The translations under genes were made by a program, and so were the position numbers. Below are positions 61,324 to 64,000 of a DNA stretch of 64,000 nt, piece by piece (position 1 is the first letter of the stretch; each line of letters begins with the position of its first letter). Below the pieces are notes generated by a model, which was given only the letters and a program-made list of their open reading frames with translations, was not told where the DNA came from and did no database searches. This DNA is from Mobula hypostoma (Eukaryota), in contig NC_086108.1 in NCBI RefSeq assembly GCF_963921235.1, positions 78,494,001-78,558,000 on the forward strand, read 5' to 3'.

Positions 61324-61972
61324 GAGATTAGATTAGATTCAACTTTATTATCATTGTGCTGAGTACAGATACAAAGCCAATGAAATGCATTTAGCATCTA
61401 ACCAGAAATGCAAAGAATAGTGTTATTCACAAAATAACTGCGAATAAAAAGTGCTGCAGCACACAAATATAAAAGTACTGAGACAGTACAATATGGGTGC
61501 AATATTGCTTAGCGCTGTGATGTGAGGTTCAGCAGGGTCACAGCCTCAGTGAAGAAGCTCTTCCTGTGCCTGCTGGTGTGGGAGCAGAGGCTCCTGTAGC
61601 GCCGACTACTGGATGGGAGGAGAGTAAAAAGTAGATGGTTAGGGTGAGATGCATCTTTGATAATGCTTTTCACCCTGCCCAGGCGTTTATGGTAGATGTT
61701 CTCCTTGGTGGGCAATTGGGTGCCGATAAGCCGCTGGGCAGTTTTCACCACACGCTGGAGTGCTTTGCGGTCCGATACGGGACAATGGCCATACCACACT
61801 GAGATGCTGTTGGTGAGTATGCTCTCAATGGTACAGTGGTAAAAGTCCATCAGTATCCTGGGACACTTTCTTGATGCTCCACAGGATATAAAGGTGCTGT
61901 TGTGCCTTTTTGATCAGGATGGAGAAGTTCAGGGACCAGGTGAGATCCTCAGAAATGTGGACACCAAGGAAT
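61324..61972 (-). mobile_element. Rex1/Babar-like LINE 3' fragment
   Basis: FYHCTIESILTNSISVWYG...ALQRVVKTAQRLIG...IIKDASHPNHLLFTLLPS. Tail (tctaa)n. Confidence 0.85.
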
Positions 61973-62029
61973 CTGCATCAATGGATTAAATATGTCATTA
62001 AATGTAGTAGAAACAGTAAAAAGCTCAAG

Positions 62030-62611
62030 ACACAGTTTGAGAGGAATCCAACACTGCTTTGGTGATTGAGTAGGGCTTGAATGCTATCACCGCTTATAAA
62101 GTTACATCATGCGATATGGGAGATAGCAGGGCTTCGATTCCAGATGAGCTCAATGCCTTCTATGCTCACTTTGAACGTCAGGACATGGAGGAATCACTGT
62201 GAGCACCCACATCTCCTGATGATTCTATGACTTCAGTCCTCGAAGACAATGTGTGGGCTGCCTTCAGGAGGGAGAACCCACAGAAAGCTTCCGGACCAGA
62301 CAGGGTTCCTGGCCAAGTACTGAAGGCCTGTGCTGAAGAAGTGGCTGAAGTCCTCAGAGATCTTTACCCTCTCGCTTCGACAGTGTGTGGTACTCACCAG
62401 CTTCAAGCAGGCTTCAATCGTACCAGTGCTCAAGAAGAGCACAGCCCCTGCCTCAATGACTATCATCCAGTTGTATGGACATTCACAGTGTTTTGAGAGG
62501 TTGGTGATGAAACATATCAGTTCCCCCGAGAGGCGAGTTGGATCTGCAACTTGCCTACTGGAGCAACAGATCACAGCAGAAACCATCTCACTGGCTCTTC
62601 ACTCAACCCTG
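62030..62611 (+). mobile_element. Rex1/L2-group RT middle fragment
   Basis: KASGPDRVPGQVLKACAEE...FKQASIVPVLKK...CFERLV. Interrupted by CR1 at 62612. Confidence 0.8.
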
Positions 62612-64000
62612 GAACATAGAAACATAGAAAATAGGTGCAGGAGTAGGCCATTCGGCCCTTCGAGCCTGCACCGCCATTTATTATGATCATGGCTGATCAT
62701 CCAACTCAGAACCCCGCCCCAGCCTTCCCTCCATACCCCCTGACCCCTGTAGCCACAAGGGCCATATCCAACTCCCTCTTAAACATAGCCAATGAACTGG
62801 CCTCAACAGTTTCCTGTGGCAGAGAATTCCACAGATTCACCACTCTCTGTGTGAAGAAGTTTTTCCTAATCTCGGTCCTAAAAGGCTTCCCCTCAATCCT
62901 CAAACTGTGACCCCTCGTTCTGAAATTCCCCAACATCGGGAACAATCTTCCTGCATCTAGCCTGTCCAATCCCTTTAGGATCTTATACGTTTCAATGAGA
63001 TTCCCCCCTCAATCTTCTAAATTCCAACGAGTACAAGCCCAGTTCATCCAGTCTTTCTTCATATGAAAGTCCTGCCATCCCAGGAATCAATCTGGTGAAC
63101 CTTCTTTGTACTCCCTCTATGGCAAAGATGTCTTTCCTCAGATTAGGGGACCAAAACTGCACACAATACTCCAGGTGTGGTCTCACCAGGGCCTTGTACA
63201 ACTGCAGTAGTACCTCCCTGCTCCTGTACTCGAATCCTCTCGCTATAAATGCCAGCATACCATTCGCTTTTTTCACCGCCTGCTGTACCTGCATGCCCAC
63301 TTTCAATGACTGGTGTATAATGACACCCAGGTCTCGTTGCACCTCTCCTTTTCCTAATCGGCCACCATTCAGATAATAATCTGTTTTCCTATTTTTGCCA
63401 CCAAAGTGGATAACTTCACATTTATCCACATTAAATTGCATCTGCCATGAGTTTGCCCACTCACCCAACCTATCCAAGTCACCCTGCATCCTCCTCACTG
63501 CTAACACTGCCACCCAGCTTCGTGTCATCCGCAAACTTGGAGATGCTGCATTTAATTCCCTCATCCAAGTCATTAATATATATTGTAAACAACTGGGGTC
63601 CCAGCACTGAGCCTTGCGGTACCCCACTAGTCACCGCCTGCCATTCTGAAAAGGTCCCGGTTATTCCCACTCTTTGCTTCCTGTCTGCTAACCAATTCTC
63701 TACCCACACCAATACCTTACCCCCAATACCGTGTGCTTTAAGTTTGCACACTAATCTCCTGTGTGGGACCTTGTCAAAAGCCTTTTGAAAATCCAAATAT
63801 ACCACATCCACTGGTTCTCCCCTATCCACTCTACTAGTTACATCCTCAAAAAATTCTATGAGGTTCGTCAGACATGATTTTCCTTTCACAAATCCATGCT
63901 GACTTTGTCCGATCATTTCACCGCTTTCCAAATGTGCTGTTATCACATCCTTGATAACTGACTCCAGCAGTTTCCCCACCACCGACGTTAGGCTAACCGG
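62612..64000 (-). mobile_element. Young CR1 LINE (runs off the window)
   Basis: Nearly identical to 12521-13918 in reverse complement, with two small frameshifts. (tttctatg)n tail at 62612. Confidence 0.95.

Overview
Eukaryotic, repeat-dense vertebrate DNA. The CR1, Penelope, V-SINE and Rex1 repertoire suggests a cartilaginous fish (inference). The only host gene found is the 3' end of B4GALT2 on the minus strand: a 105-bp internal exon at 55080-55184 and the last coding exon at 37245-37395. The upstream exons were not found and probably lie beyond the window. Downstream of the gene (about 3.1-23.4 kb) is a decayed minus-strand Gypsy element, split by nested insertions. These include a class I-like endogenous retrovirus that lacks most of its RT, a young CR1 with an intact ORF2 in frame with the ERV protease, a Tc1 carrying a Penelope fragment, and further CR1s. 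The most notable signals are RNA structures. Two TSD-flanked ~560-bp non-coding retroelements (3443-3998 minus, 33082-33646 plus) begin exactly at G1 of a predicted HDV-like ribozyme with an unusual hairpin inserted in L3. Several Penelope-derived insertions carry minimal type I hammerhead motifs. All calls come from reading the sequence by eye; no searches or folding programs were run.
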